A stretch of DNA of 64,000 nt, taken from the NCBI GenBank assembly GCA_040954595.2, contig CM082590.2:5704001-5768000 (forward strand), written 5' to 3'. Of this stretch, positions 1 through 14,082 are shown one piece after another (within the stretch, counting starts at the first letter, position 1; each line of letters opens with the position of its first letter). A program made the translations under genes and the position numbers. The notes under the pieces are model-generated. The model made no database searches, was not told the DNA's origin, and saw nothing but the letters and a program-made list of their open reading frames with translations. This DNA comes from Balanoglossus misakiensis (taxonomy: Eukaryota; Animalia; Hemichordata).

Positions 1-2365
1 GTGAGGCTACAATTATTGCAGCTATCATAGGAAGGGCACATTTGGAACAACCCCCCCCCCCCTCCCCCACACACACACACAATTTGGGCGAAGAAACAAT
101 ATATATCTGATGCAGTCTACAAGTTGCACCCAAATATTTTTAAAGAATGTTTTCAGAAAAGCAACTTTGGATCAACCAGCCCACCTAGGCTACAATTATT
201 GCAGCTATCATAGGAAGGACACATTTGGAACAACCCCCCCCCCTCCCCCACACACACACACAATTTGGGCGAAGAAACAATATATATCTGATGCAGTCTA
301 CAAGTTGCACCCAAATATTTTTAAAGAATGTTTTCAGAAAAGCAACTTTGGATCAACCAGCTCACCTAGGCTACAATTATTGCAGCTATCATAGGAAGGG
401 CACATTTGGAACAACCCCCCCCCCCCCCCCCACACACACACACAATTTGGGCGAAGAAAAAATATATATCTGATGCAGTCTACAAGTTGCACCCAAATAT
501 TTTTAAAGAATGTTTTCAGAAAAGCAACTTTGGATCAATCAGCTCACCTAGGCTACAATTATTGCAGCTATCATAGGAAGGGCACATTTGGAACAATCCC
601 CCCCCCACCACACACAGAGAATAATATAGATCCGATGCAGTCTACAAGTTGCACCCAAATATTTTTAAAGAATGTTTTCAGAAAAGCAACTTTGGATCAA
701 TCAGCTCACCTAGGCTACAATTATTGCAGCTATCATAGGAAGGGCACATTTGGAACAATCCCCCCCCCCCCCACCACACACAGAGAATAATATAGATCCG
801 ATGCAGTCTACAAGTTGCACCCAAATATTTTTAAAGAATGTTTTCAGAAAAGCAACTTTGGATCAACCAGCTCACCTAGGCTATAATTATTACAGCTATC
901 ATAGGAAGGGCACATTTGGAATAACCCCCCCCCCCCCCCCACACACACACACACACACACAATTTGGGCGAAGAAACAATATATATCCGATGCAGTCTAC
1001 AAGTTACACCCAAATATTTTTAAAGAATGTTTTCAGAAAAGCAACTTTGGATCAACCAGCCCACCTAGGCTACAATTATTGCAGCTATCATAGGAAGGGC
1101 ACATTTGGAACAACCCCCCCCCCCCCCCACACACACACACAATTTGGGCGAAGAAAAAATATATATCTGATGCACTCTACAAGTTGCACCCAAATATTTT
1201 TAAAGAATGTTTTCAGAAAAGCAACTTTGGATCAACCAGCCCACCTAGGCTACAATTAGTGCAGCTATCATAGGAAGGGCACATTTGGAACAACCCCCCC
1301 CCCCCCCACCACACACACAGAATAATATATATCCGATGCAGTCTACAAGTTGCACCCAAATATTTTTAAAGAATGTTTTCAGAAAAGCAACTTTGGATCA
1401 ACCAGCTCACCTAGGCTATAATTATTACAGCTATCATAGGAAGGGCACATTTGGAACAACCCCCCCCCCCCCCCCACACACACACACACACACACAATTT
1501 GGGCGAAGAAACAATATATATCCGATGCAGTCTACAAGTTACACCCAAATATTTTTAAAGAATGTTTTCAGAAAAGCAACTTTGGATCAACCAGCCCACC
1601 TAGGCTACAATTATTACAGCTATCATAGGAAGGGCACATTTGGAACAACCCCCCCCCCCCCCCACCACACACACAGAATAATATATATCCGATGCAGTCT
1701 ACAAGTTACACCCAAATATTTTTAAAGAATGTGCTCAGAAAAGCAACTTTGGATCAACCAGCTCACCTAGGCTACAATTATTGCAGCTATCATAGGAAGG
1801 GCACATTTGGAACAACCCCCCCCCCCCCACCACACACACACACACAATTTGGGCGAAGAAAAAATATATATCTGATGCACTCAACAAGTTGCACCCAAAT
1901 ATTTTTAAAGAATGTTTTCAGAAAAGCAACCGTGGATCAACCAGCCCACCTAGGCTACAATTATTGCAGCTATCATAGGAAGGGCACATTTGGAACAACT
2001 CCCCTCCCCCCCCCACACACACACACAATTTGGGCGAAGAAACAATATATATCTGATGCACTCTACAAGTTGCACCCAAATATTTTTAAAGAATGTTTTC
2101 AGAAAAGCAACTTTGGATCAACCAGCTCACCTAGGCTACAATTATTGCAGCTATCATAGGAAGGGCACATTTGGAACAACCCCCCCCCCCCCCCACCACA
2201 CACACACACACAATTTGGGCGAAGAAAAAATATATATCTGATGCACTCAACAAGTTGCACCCAAATATTTTTAAAGAATGTTTTCAGAAAAGCAACCGTG
2301 GATCAACCAGCCCACCTAGGCTACAATTATTGCAGCTATCATAGGAAGGGCACATTTGGAACAAC

Positions 2366-2396
<31 letters not shown>

Positions 2397-2915
2397 GCAC
2401 AATTTGGGCGAAGAAACAATATATATCTGATGCAGTCTACAAGTTGCACCCAAATATTTTTAAATAATGTTTTCAGAAAAGCAACTTTGGATCAACCAGC
2501 TCACCTAGGCTACAATTATTGCAGCTATCATAGGAAGGGCACATTTGGAACACCCCCCCCCCCACACACACACACAATTTGGGCGAAGAAACAATATATA
2601 TCTGATGCAGTCTACAAGTTGCACCCAAATATTTTTAAATAATGTTTTCAGAAAAGCAACTTTGGATCAACCAGCTCACCTAGGCTACAATTATTGCAGC
2701 TATCATATGAAGGGCACATTTGGAACAACCCCCCCCCCCCACACACACACACACACACAAGTCAATTTGGGCGAAGAAACAATATATATCCGATGCAGTC
2801 TAGAAGTTGCACCCAAATATTTTAAATAATGTTTCCAGAAAAGCAACTTTGGATCAACCAGCTCACCTAGGCTACAATTATTGCAGCTATCATAGGAAGG
2901 GCACATTTGGAACAC

Positions 2916-2946
<31 letters not shown>

Positions 2947-4723
2947 AATTTGGGCGAAGAAACAATATATATCCGATGCACTCTACAAGTTGCACCCAAA
3001 TATTTTAAAGAATGTGCTCAGAAAAGCAACTTTGGATCAACCAGCTCACCTAGGCTACAATTATTGCGGCTATCATAGGAAGGGCACATTTGGAACACCC
3101 CCCCCCCCCCCACACACACAATTTGGGCGAAGAAACAATATATATCTGATGCACTCTACAAGTTGCACCCAAATATTTTTAAAGAATGTTTTCAGAAAAG
3201 CAACTTTGGATCAACCAGCTCACCTAGGCTACAATTATTGCAGCTATCATAGGAAGGGCACATTTGGAACACCCCCCCCCCCCCATACACACACACACAA
3301 TTTGGGCGAAGAAACAATATATATCTGATGCACTCTACAAGTTGCACCCAAATATTTTTAAAGAATGTTTTCAGAAAAGCAACTTTGGATCAACCAGCCC
3401 ACCTAGGCTACAATTATTGCAGCTATCATAGGAAGGGCACATTTGGAATAACCCCCCCCCCCCACACACACACACACAATTTGGGCGAATAAACAATATA
3501 TATCCAATGCACTCTACAAGTTGCACCCAAATATTTTTAAAGAATGTTTTCAGAAAAGTAACTTTGGATCAACCAGCTCACCTAGGCTACAATTATTGCA
3601 GCTATCATAGGAAGGGCATATTTGGAACAACCCCCCCCCACCACACACACACACACAATTTGGGCGAAGAAACAATATATATCCAATGCACTCTACAAGT
3701 TGCACCCAAATATTTTTAAAGAATGTTTTCAGAAAAGCAACTTTGGATCAACCAGCTCACCTAGGCTACAATTATTGCAGCTATCATAGGAAGGGCACAT
3801 TTGGAACCCCCCCCCCCCACTCACACACACACACACAATTTGGGCGAAGAAAAAATATATATCTGATGCACTCTACAAGTTGCACCCAAATATTTTTAAA
3901 GAATGTTTTCAGAAAAGCATCTTTGGATCAACCAGCTCACCTAGGCTACAATTATTGCAGCTATCATAGGAAGGGCACATTTGGAATAACCCCCCCCCCC
4001 CCCCAACACACACACACACACACAATTTGGGCGAATAAACAATATATATCCAATGCACTCTACAAGTTGCACCCAAATATTGTTAAAGAATGTTTTCAGA
4101 AAAGCAACTTTGGATCAACCAGCCCACCTAGGCTACAATTATTGCAGCTATCATAGGAAGGGCACATTTGGAACAACCCCCCCCCCCCCCCCACACACAC
4201 ACACACAATTTGGGCGAAGAAAAAATAAATATCTGATGCACTCTACAAGTTGCACCCAAATATCTTTAAAGAATGTGTTCAGAAAAGCAACTTTGGATCA
4301 ACCAGCTCACCTAGGCTACAATTATTGCAGCTATCATAGGAAGGGCACATTTGGAACAACCCCCCCCCCCCCCCACACACACACACACAATTTGGGCGAA
4401 GAAAAAATAAATATCTGATGCACTCTACAAGTTGCACCCAAATATCTTTAAAGAATGTGTTCAGAAAAGCAACTTTGGATCAATCAGCTCACCTAGGCTA
4501 CAATTATTGCAGCTATCATAGGAAGGGCACATTTGGAACAACCCCCCCCCCCCCCACACACACACACAATTTGGGCGAAGAAACAATATATATCCAATGC
4601 ACTCTACAAGTTGCACCCAAATATTTTTAAATAATGTTTTCAGAAAAGCAACTTTGGATCAACCAGCTCACCTAGGCTACAAGTATTGCAGCTATCATAG
4701 GAAGGGCACATTTGGAACAACCC

Positions 4724-4754
<31 letters not shown>

Positions 4755-7700
4755 ACTCACACAATTTGGGCGAAGAAAAAATATATATCTGATGCACTCT
4801 ACAAGTTGCACCCAAATATTTTAAAGAATGTGTTCAGAAAAGCAACTTTGGATCAACCAGCTCACCAAGGCTACAATTATTGCAGCTATCATAGGAAGGG
4901 CACATTTGGAACAACCCCCCCCCCCCCCCCACACACACACAATTTGGGCGAAGAAAAAATATATATCTGATGCACTCTACAAGTTGCACCCAAATATTTT
5001 TAAAGTATGTTTTCAGAAAAGAAACTTTTGATCAACCAGCTCACCTAGGCTACAATTATTGCAGCTATCATAGGAAGGGCACATTTGGAACAACCCCCCT
5101 CCCCCCCCCCACACACACACACAATTTGGGCGAAGAAAAAATATATATCTGATGCACTCTACAAGTTGCACCCAAATATTTTAAAGAATGTGTTCAGAAA
5201 AGCAACTTTGGATCAACCAGCTCACCTAGGCTACAATTAGTGCAGCTATCATAGGAAGGGCACATTTGGAACAACCCCCCTCCCCCCCCCCCCACACACA
5301 CACAATTTGGGCGAAGAAAAAATATATATCTGATGCACTCTACAAGTTACACCCAAATATTTTTAAAGTATGTTTTCAGAAAAGCAACTTTTGATCAACC
5401 AGCTCACCTAGGCTACAATTATTGCAGCTATCATAGGAAGGGCATATTTGGAACAACCCCCCTCCCCCCCCCCCAACACACACAATTTGGGCGAAGAAAA
5501 AATATATATCTGATGCACTCTACAAGTTGCACCCAAATATTTTTAAAGTATGTTTTCAGAAAAGCAACTTTGGATCAACCACCTCACCTAGGCTACAATT
5601 ATTGCAGCTATCATAGGAAGGGCACATTTGGAACAACCCCCCCCCCCCCCCACACACACACACAATTTGGGCGAAGAAAAAATATATATATGATGCACTC
5701 TACAAGTTGCACCCAAATATTTTTAAAGAATGTTTTCAGAAAAGCAACTTTGGATCAACCAGCTCACCTAGGCTACAATTATTGCAGCTATCATAGGAAG
5801 GGCACATTTGGAACGACCCCCCCCCCCCCCCCACACACACACAATTTGGGCGAAGAAACAATATATATCCGATGCAGTCTAGAAGTTGCACCCAAATATT
5901 TTAAAGAATGTGCTCAGAAAAGCAACTTCGGATCAACCGGCTCACCTAGGCTACAATTATTGCAGCTATCATAGGAAGGGCACATTTGGAACAACCCCCC
6001 CCCCCCCCCCCCACACACACACACAATTTGGGCGAAGAAACAATATATATCTGATGCACTCTACAAGTTGCACCCAAATATTTTAAAGAATGTGCTCAGA
6101 AAAGCAACTTTGGATCAACCAGCTCACCTAGGCTACAATTATTGCAGCTATCATAGGAAGGGCACATTTGGAACAACCCCCCCCCCCCCCCCCCACCACA
6201 CACACACACACAATTTGGGCGAAGAAAAAATATATATCTGATGCACTCAACAAGTTGCACCCAAATATTTTTAAAGAATGTTTTCAGAAAAGCAACCGTG
6301 GATCAACCAGCCCACCTAGGCTACAATTATTGCAGCTATCATATGAAGGGCACATTTGGAACAACCCCCCCCCCCCCCCCCCACACACACACACGCACAA
6401 TTTGGGCGAAGAAACAATATATATCTGATGCAGTCTACAAGTTGCACCCAAATATTTTTAAATAATGTTTTCAGAAAAGCAACTTTGGATCAACCAGCTC
6501 ACCTAGGCTACAATTATTGCAGCTATCATAGGAAGGGCACATTTGGAACACCCCCCCCCCCCCACACACACACACAATTTGGGTGAAGAAACAATATATA
6601 TCTGATGCAGTCTACAAGTTGCACCCAAATATTTTTAAATAATGTTTTCAGAAAAGCAACTTTGGATCAACCAGCTCACCTAGGCTACAATTATTGCAGC
6701 TATCATATGAAGGGCACATTTGGAACAACCCCCCCCCCCCCACACACACACACACAAGTCAATTTGGGCGAAGAAACAATATATATCCGATGCAGTCTAG
6801 AAGTTGCACCCAAATATTTTAAATAATGTTTCCAGAAAAGCAACTTTGGATCAACCAGCTCACCTAGGCTACAATTATTGCAGCTATCATAGGAAGGGCA
6901 CATTTGGAACACCCCCCCCCCCCCCACACACACACACACAATTTGGGCGAAGAAACAATATATATCCGATGCACTCTACAAGTTGCACCCAAATATTTTA
7001 AAGAATGTGCTCAGAAAAGCAACTTTGGATCAACCAGCTCACCTAGGCTACAATTATTGCAGCTATCATAGGAAGGGCACATTTGGAATAACCCCCCCCC
7101 CCCCCACACACACACACACAATTTGGGCGAATAAACAATATATATCCAATGCACTCTACAAGTTGCACCCAAATATTTTTAAAGAATGTTTTCAGAAAAG
7201 CAACTTTGGATCAACCAGCTCACCTAGGCTACAATTATTGCAGCTATCATAGGAAGGGCATATTTGGAACAACCCCCCCCCCCCCACCACACACACACAC
7301 ACAATTTGGGCGAAGAAACAATATATATCCAATGCACTCTACAAGTTGCACCCAAATATTTTTAAAGAATGTTTTCAGAAAAGCAACTTTGGATCAACCA
7401 GCTCACCTAGGCTACAATTATTGCAGCTATCATAGGAAGGGCACATTTGGAACCCCCCCCCCCCCCACTCACACACACACAATTTGGGCGAATAAACAAT
7501 ATATATCCAATGCACTCTACAAGTTGCACCCAAATATTGTTAAAGAATGTTTTCAGAAAAGCAACTTTGGATCAACCAGCCCACCTAGGCTACAATTATT
7601 GCAGCTATCATAGGAAGGGCATATTTGGAACAACCCCCCCCCCCCCCCCCCCACACACACACACAATTTGGGCGAAGAAAAAATAAATATCTGATGCACT

Positions 7701-8286
7701 CTACAAGTTGCACCCAAATATCTTTAAAGAATGTGTTCAGAAAAGCAACTTTGGATCAACCAGCTCACCTAGGCTACAATTATTGCAGCTATCATAGGAA
7801 GGGCACATTTGGAACCCCCCCCCCCCCACACACACACACAATTTGGGCGAAGAAATAATATATATCTGATGAACTCTACAAGTTGCACCCAAATATTTTT
7901 AAAGAATGTTTTCCGAAAAGCAACTTTGATCAACCAGCTCACCTAGGCTACAATTATTGCAGCTATCATAGGAAGGGCACATTTGGAACACCCCCCCCCC
8001 CCACACACACACACAATTTGGGCGAAGAAATAATATATATCTGATGCACTCTACAAGTTGCACCCAAATATTTTTAAAGAATGTTTTCCGAAAAGCAACT
8101 TTGGATCAATCAGCTCACCTAGGCTACAATTATTGCAGCTATCATAGGAAGGGCACATTAGGAACCACCCCCCCCCCCCCCCACACACACACACAATTTG
8201 GGCGAAGCAAAAATATATATCCGATGCAGTCTACAAGTTGCACCCAAATATTTTTAAAGAATGTTTTCAGAAAAGCAACTTTGGAT
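1..8286. repeat. Satellite A: ~180-bp tandem array (~46 monomers) with a variable poly-C/(CA)n tract; runs off the window start
   Basis: Monomer AAGTTGCACCCAAATATTTTTAAAGAATGTTTTCAGAAAAGCAACTTTGGATCAACCAGCTCACCTAGGCTACAATTATTGCAGCTATCATAGGAAGGGCACATTTGGAACAA-Cn-(CA)n-ATTTGGGCGAAGAAACAATATATATCTGATGCAGTCTAC recurs every ~165-185 bp. Short variants lacking AATTTGGGCGAAGA occur near 615, 781, 1320 and 1675. Confidence 0.98.
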
Positions 8287-9684
8287 GGACTTTTTTTCTT
8301 TCACCTTCGTGTGCCATCTTATTTGTCTCTAGCTTTAACAACAGATTTCTATTTTTCATTGACGTTTGTTTGAAATCTTTTTCGTTTTAGGAAATCTTCC
8401 AGACCCCCTCTGCGGGATATCAAATGGTCCACCCCTTATGTGCGCCCTATAAACTGATGGCAGGACAAATCTTGATTCTGACTGGTTGATGCTTATCATC
8501 ACATGACTATATTGGACTTTGAAATAATAGAAAAGCTTTGGGACGGTCTGACACTAGTGACAGAAGTATTGCTGCTTGATGTATGTGAAGACTGTTCCGT
8601 CCTCGGCCTGTCTCTTCGTTTCTCCAAGTTGTGCATGCAAGTCCTGTCACCCACAGCTTCTTTATGGTGAGTCCATATTTTATTTACAGCCTTTTGTGAA
8701 CACAACATGAGAAACAGGATACAGGAGGCATTTGATACACAACACTTCAATCACATCGTCCGCTCGCACAGGTTGTCAGCTCAACTACATTTAATAGTCT
8801 CAGAGAGCAAAAGACATTGGTGGGCGTGGGAGAAGATTCTTTCAACTCTGCCACAGGAAATAAAACGTTGCTAATGTTTTACACAGCAGACTAAATGGCA
8901 GGTTTGAATGACGCAATTATAAAACAGAACAGAAACAAAAAAATATTGAATGGAAGATGCAATCATACAAATTGATCTGCATAATTATTGGTATATGCAT
9001 ATTAGTGTTCATTGCTAGATGCACTGCTCAGAATGGATATATTTTTTGTTTGTGTGTTCACAAAGTTTCTTTGCGTGCAGTCAATTACACACAGAACTGA
9101 ACCTCAAAAGTTGTCATTTTCTGCAACAATTAAACAATAATATTTAATGCAAACAATTATGGAATAATTACATGTAATTCATTTGTACTTTTATTTTCCT
9201 TGGTGTTGATTTGAAACCCAGTCAGTATCTCATTTTCTGTTCCACACAGAAACAAACGTTCAGCCTCATTTGACCATCAAGCTCCAGTCTATGTACATGT
9301 ATTAGTCCCACCATGAATGACGTCCATAATCGCACGTATCTCTTCTTGTACGTGGAAGCGACAGGTCCACTTTGAGCGTTACACCCTGACTGTATTGTCC
9401 ATGTCGTCGCTCGTTACCACACAGATAAGATAAATCAACATGAATCATTAAAAGTTTAATCTTGGACCTACTATCCCTATGTATAGCTGAATGCCAATGA
9501 CTGTTAGCAACAATGTTATTTTGCGATAATTATTGAGTTAAGCAAGATGTCACTCAAAGGAGTGGGTGTGGCTGCCGCGATGTTGTGATGTCATACGCAT
9601 ATTAATCAAAGATGTCGCTTCGGTCCAAAAACACAATTTGTTCCAACACGTTCTTGTCTCAATTAAAAGTCGATCGCCGCATTT

Positions 9685-11277
9685 GAATGATACCAAGAGG
9701 TGACGGTACGATCAGAGTTTTTTTTTGGCCAGAGTGGAAGATACCTGTGTTCTTTCTAATAATTTTTCCCCAAAGTTGCTATAGACTCCCCTCTTAAGGA
9801 TGTACGTGCAGAACGTTTGGATGATACCAAGAGGTGACGGTACGATTAGATTTTTTTTTGGCCAGAGTGGAAGATACCTGTGTTCTCTCTAATAATTTTT
9901 CCCCAAAGTTGCTATAGACTCCCCTCTTAAGGATGTACGTGCAGAACGTTTGGATGATACCAAGAGGTGACTGTACGATCAGAGTTTTTTTGGCCAGAGT
10001 GGAAGATACCTGTGTTCTCTCTGATAATTTATCCCCAAAGTTGCTATAGACTCCCCTCTTACGGGTTCTACGGGCAGAACGTTTGGATGATACCAAGAGG
10101 TGACTGTACGATTAGATTTTTTTTGGCCAGAGTGGAAGATACCTGTGTTCTCTCTAATAATTTTTCCCCAAAGTTGCTATAGACTCCCCTCTTACGGGTT
10201 CTACGGGCAGAACGTTTGGATGATACCAAGAGGTGACGGTACGATCAGAGTTTTTTTGGCCAGAGTGGAAGATACCTGTGTTCTCTCTGTTAATTTATCC
10301 CCAAAGTTGCTATAGACTCCCCTCTTAAGGATGTACGTGCAGAACGTTTGGATGATACCAAGAGGTGACGGTACGATCAGAGTTTTTTTGGCCAGAGTGG
10401 AAGATACCTGTGTTCTCTCTGTTAATTTATCCCCAAAGTTGCTATAGACTCCCCTCTTACGGGTTCTACGGGCAGAACGTTTGGATGATACCAAGAGGTG
10501 ACGGTACGATCAGAGTTTTTTTGGCCAGAGTGGAAGATACCTGTGTTCACTCTGTTAATTTATCCCCAAAGTTGCTATAGACTCCCCTCTTAAGGATGTA
10601 CGTGCAAAACGTTTGGATGATACCAAGAGGTGACGGTACGATCAGAGTTTTTTTGGCCAGAGTGGAAGATACCTGTGTTCTCTCTGATAATTTATCCCCA
10701 AAGTTGCTATAGACTCCCCTCTTAAGGATGTACGTGCAGAACGTTTGGATGATACCAAGAGGTGACGGTACGATCAGAGTTTTTTTGGCCAGAGTGGAAG
10801 ATACCTGTGTTCTCTCTGTTAATTTATCCCCAAAGTTGCTATAGACTCCCCTCTTACGGGTTCTACGGGCAGAACGTTTGGATGATACCAAGAGGTGACG
10901 GTACGATCAGAGTTTTTTTGGCCAGAGTGGAAGATACCTGTGTTCACTCTGTTAATTTATCCCCAAAGTTGCTATAGACTCCCCTCTTAAGGATGTACGT
11001 GCAGAACGTTTGGATGATACCAAGAGGTGACGGTCCAATCAGAGTTTTTTTGGCCAAAGTGGAAGATACATGTGTTCTCTCTGATAATTTATCCCCAAAG
11101 TTGCTATAGACTCCCCTCTTACGGGTTCTACGGGCAGAACGTTTGGATGATACCAAGAGGTCACGGTACGATCAGAGTTTTTTTTTGGCCAGAGTGGAAG
11201 ATACATGTGTTCTCGCTGATAATTTATCCCCAAAGTTGCTATAGACTCCCCTCTTACGGGTTCTACGGGCAGAACGT
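9685..11277. repeat. Satellite B: ~132-bp tandem array (~12 copies) inside macro-unit 1
   Basis: GATGATACCAAGAGGTGACGGTACGATCAGAGTTTTTTTGGCCAGAGTGGAAGATACCTGTG...CAGAACGTTTG recurs every 132-133 bp. Two tail variants alternate (TAAGGATGTACGTG / TACGGGTTCTACGGG). Confidence 0.97.
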
Positions 11278-12419
11278 AAAATTGTAAACTGTGCAAATTA
11301 GTATGCATTTGTCTTTTCCCATGAAGGATTACGTTGAGAATCGCTAGAAAAACTCACTTCTACTATTGGCAGTTTCACGAAATTATACACATAGTCAGTC
11401 AAGTAAAAAAAAATTCATTGGTCAAATAAAATCGTGTGGTCATCACGCTCTATTTTGTGAAAAACTTTATTAAATGTTTTGCCCATAGACAAACCATTGG
11501 TGAAAAATACTGAATCATTCACAGCCTTGTATTTCAAGAGCAGGTGCGGTGGATCCCATATTTTATCACAAATTGTTTTTTATGCTTATAAAGGAGAAAC
11601 CAAAAAATGTACAATTAAGAGAAACAACAATTTCAATTTTACTGAACATACATCCTCAGCCCAGGAGGAAAAAATAAATTGTTCATCGGAATCGCCGCTT
11701 CTGCTTTGACTGATTTGGATTATTTTTTTTTTTTTTGGGGGGGGGGGGGGGATCTCGGCAAATTCCACTTCCGCGTTACAAAATTCTTAGTACTACCACT
11801 GGTGGCCAGAATATGTTGTGCAAACACCAACTGTAAATGTAATTGCCTATGTTGTTGTTGGGAAATATAGTATTGAATTCAGTTACAAGTACATGTATCA
11901 GTGTTTTTGTCTGAGATATTTCTGGTAAAAAGGGAAACAATTATCTCGCCTTGTCTGCATCTGTGCAAATATGCCAGAGAACCGCATTTACCTTCAGCCA
12001 AAAAAATAAAAAATAAAATTTTGGAACTTGGTCCAAAAAATCCGATCAACAAGAGTTTTATTCTCTCTGGCCTCAACACAATTTTTTTAAAGACAGGTAT
12101 GGTAACAGGCTTTCACCATCTTTGCCATTGTCGACGTTTGGCCATCTCTAAAGTTCATGAAAAAAATAGTTTAGAATGGAGTACCCTCGGAAAACTCTTA
12201 AAATTTTGTGTGTTTATCTGTGTGATACCATGAGGCGATCGATGATATGGTCAGGGCATTGTGGCCAAAGGGGACCCTACCTGTCCTTTCTGATAAGAGC
12301 TAAATCACAAACAAAGAGAAAATTGTTTCTTCTTATCTTTGACTGCATGGGCAAATAAAATGCTCAAGCTCTTTCCGAGCCCAACATGAAAATTCAGAAT
12401 CTATACTCAAGTGTATATA

Positions 12420-14082
12420 TAATGTAACCTCAATTGGATATTGGCAATTAAATACAACTAAAATTTTATGGCTTGGAAATCCCTGAGAATACTCCAATTA
12501 TAACTTCTAATTAATTAAGTCAAAATTTATGTCAGAGAAAAGTTACACCTACCCCTAACAATAGATTTGTCAAAATATGTGAATGCCATGTGTATATATT
12601 ATGTCACCTCAATTGGATATTGGCAATTAAATACAACTAAAATTTTAGGGCTTGGAAATCCCTGAGAATACTCCAATTCTAACTTCTAATTAATGAAGTC
12701 AAAATTTATGTCAGAGAAAAGTTACACCTACCCCTAACAATAGATTTGTCAAAATATGTGAATGCCATGTGTATATATTATGTCACCTCAATTGGATATT
12801 GGCAATTAAAAACAACTAAAATTTTAGGGCTTGGAAATCCCTGAGAATACTCCAATTCTAACTTCTAATTAATTAAGTCAAAATTTATGTCAGAGAAAAG
12901 TTACACCTACCACTAACAATAGATTTGTCAAAATATGTAAATGCCATGTGTATATATTATGTCACGTCAATTGGATATTGACAATTAAATACAACTAAAA
13001 TTTTATGGCTTGGAAATCCCTGAGAATACTCCAATTATAACTTCTAATTAATTAAGTCAAAATTTATGTCAGAGAAAAGTTACACCTACCACTAACAATA
13101 GATTTGTCAAAATATGTAAATGCCATGTGTATATATTATGTAACCTCAATTGGATATTGGCAATTAAATACAAATAAAATTTTAGGGCTTGGAAATCCCT
13201 GAGAATACTCCAATTCTAACTTCTAATTAATTAAGTCAAAATTTATGTCAGAGAAAACTTACACCTACCCCTAAAAATAGATTTGTCAAAATATGTGAAT
13301 GCCATGTGTATATATTATGTAACCTCAATTGGATATTGACAATTAAATACAACTAAAATTTTAGGGCTTGGAAATCCCTGAGAATACTCCAATTATAACT
13401 TCTAATTAATTCAGTCAAAATTTATGTCAGAGAAAAGTTACACCTATCCCTAACAATAGATTTGTCAAAATATGTGAATGCCATGTGTATATATTATGTC
13501 ACGTCAATTGGATATTGACAATTAAATACAACTAAAATTTTAGGGCTTGGAAATCCCTGAGAATACTCCAATTCTAACTTCTAATTAATTAAGTCAAAAT
13601 TTATGTCAGAGAAAAGTTACACCTACCACTAACAATAGATTTGTCAAAATATGTAAATGCCATGTGTATATATTATGTAACCTCAATTGGATATTGGCAA
13701 TTAAATACAACTAAAATTTTAGGGCTTGGAAATCCCTGAGAATACTCCAATTCTAACTTCTAATTAATTAAGTCAAAATTTATGTCAGAGAAAAGTTACA
13801 CCTACCACTAACAATAGATTTGTCAAAATATGTAAATGCCATGTGTATATATTATGTAACCTCAATTGGATATTGGCAATTAAATACAACTAAAATTTTA
13901 TGGCTTGGAAATCCCCGAGAATACTCCAATTATAACTTTTAATTAATTAATTAAGTCAAAATTTATGTCAGAGAAAAGTTACACCTACCCCTAACAATAG
14001 ATTTGTCAAAATATGTGAATGCCATGTGTATATATTATGTAACCCCAATTGGATATTGGCAATTAAATACAAGTAAAATTTT
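12420..14082. repeat. Satellite C: 179-bp AT-rich tandem array (~9 copies), macro-unit 1
   Basis: CCTCAATTGGATATTGGCAATTAAATACAACTAAAATTTTAGGGCTTGGAAATCCCTGAGAATACTCC...GTGTATATATTATGT recurs with a 179-bp period. Confidence 0.98.

Noticed and set aside
110-8373. Dozens of Pro/His/Thr-rich ORFs (MQSTSCTQIF...)
   Set aside because: They are translations of the satellite A monomer, and the frame shifts at random with poly-C/(CA)n length.
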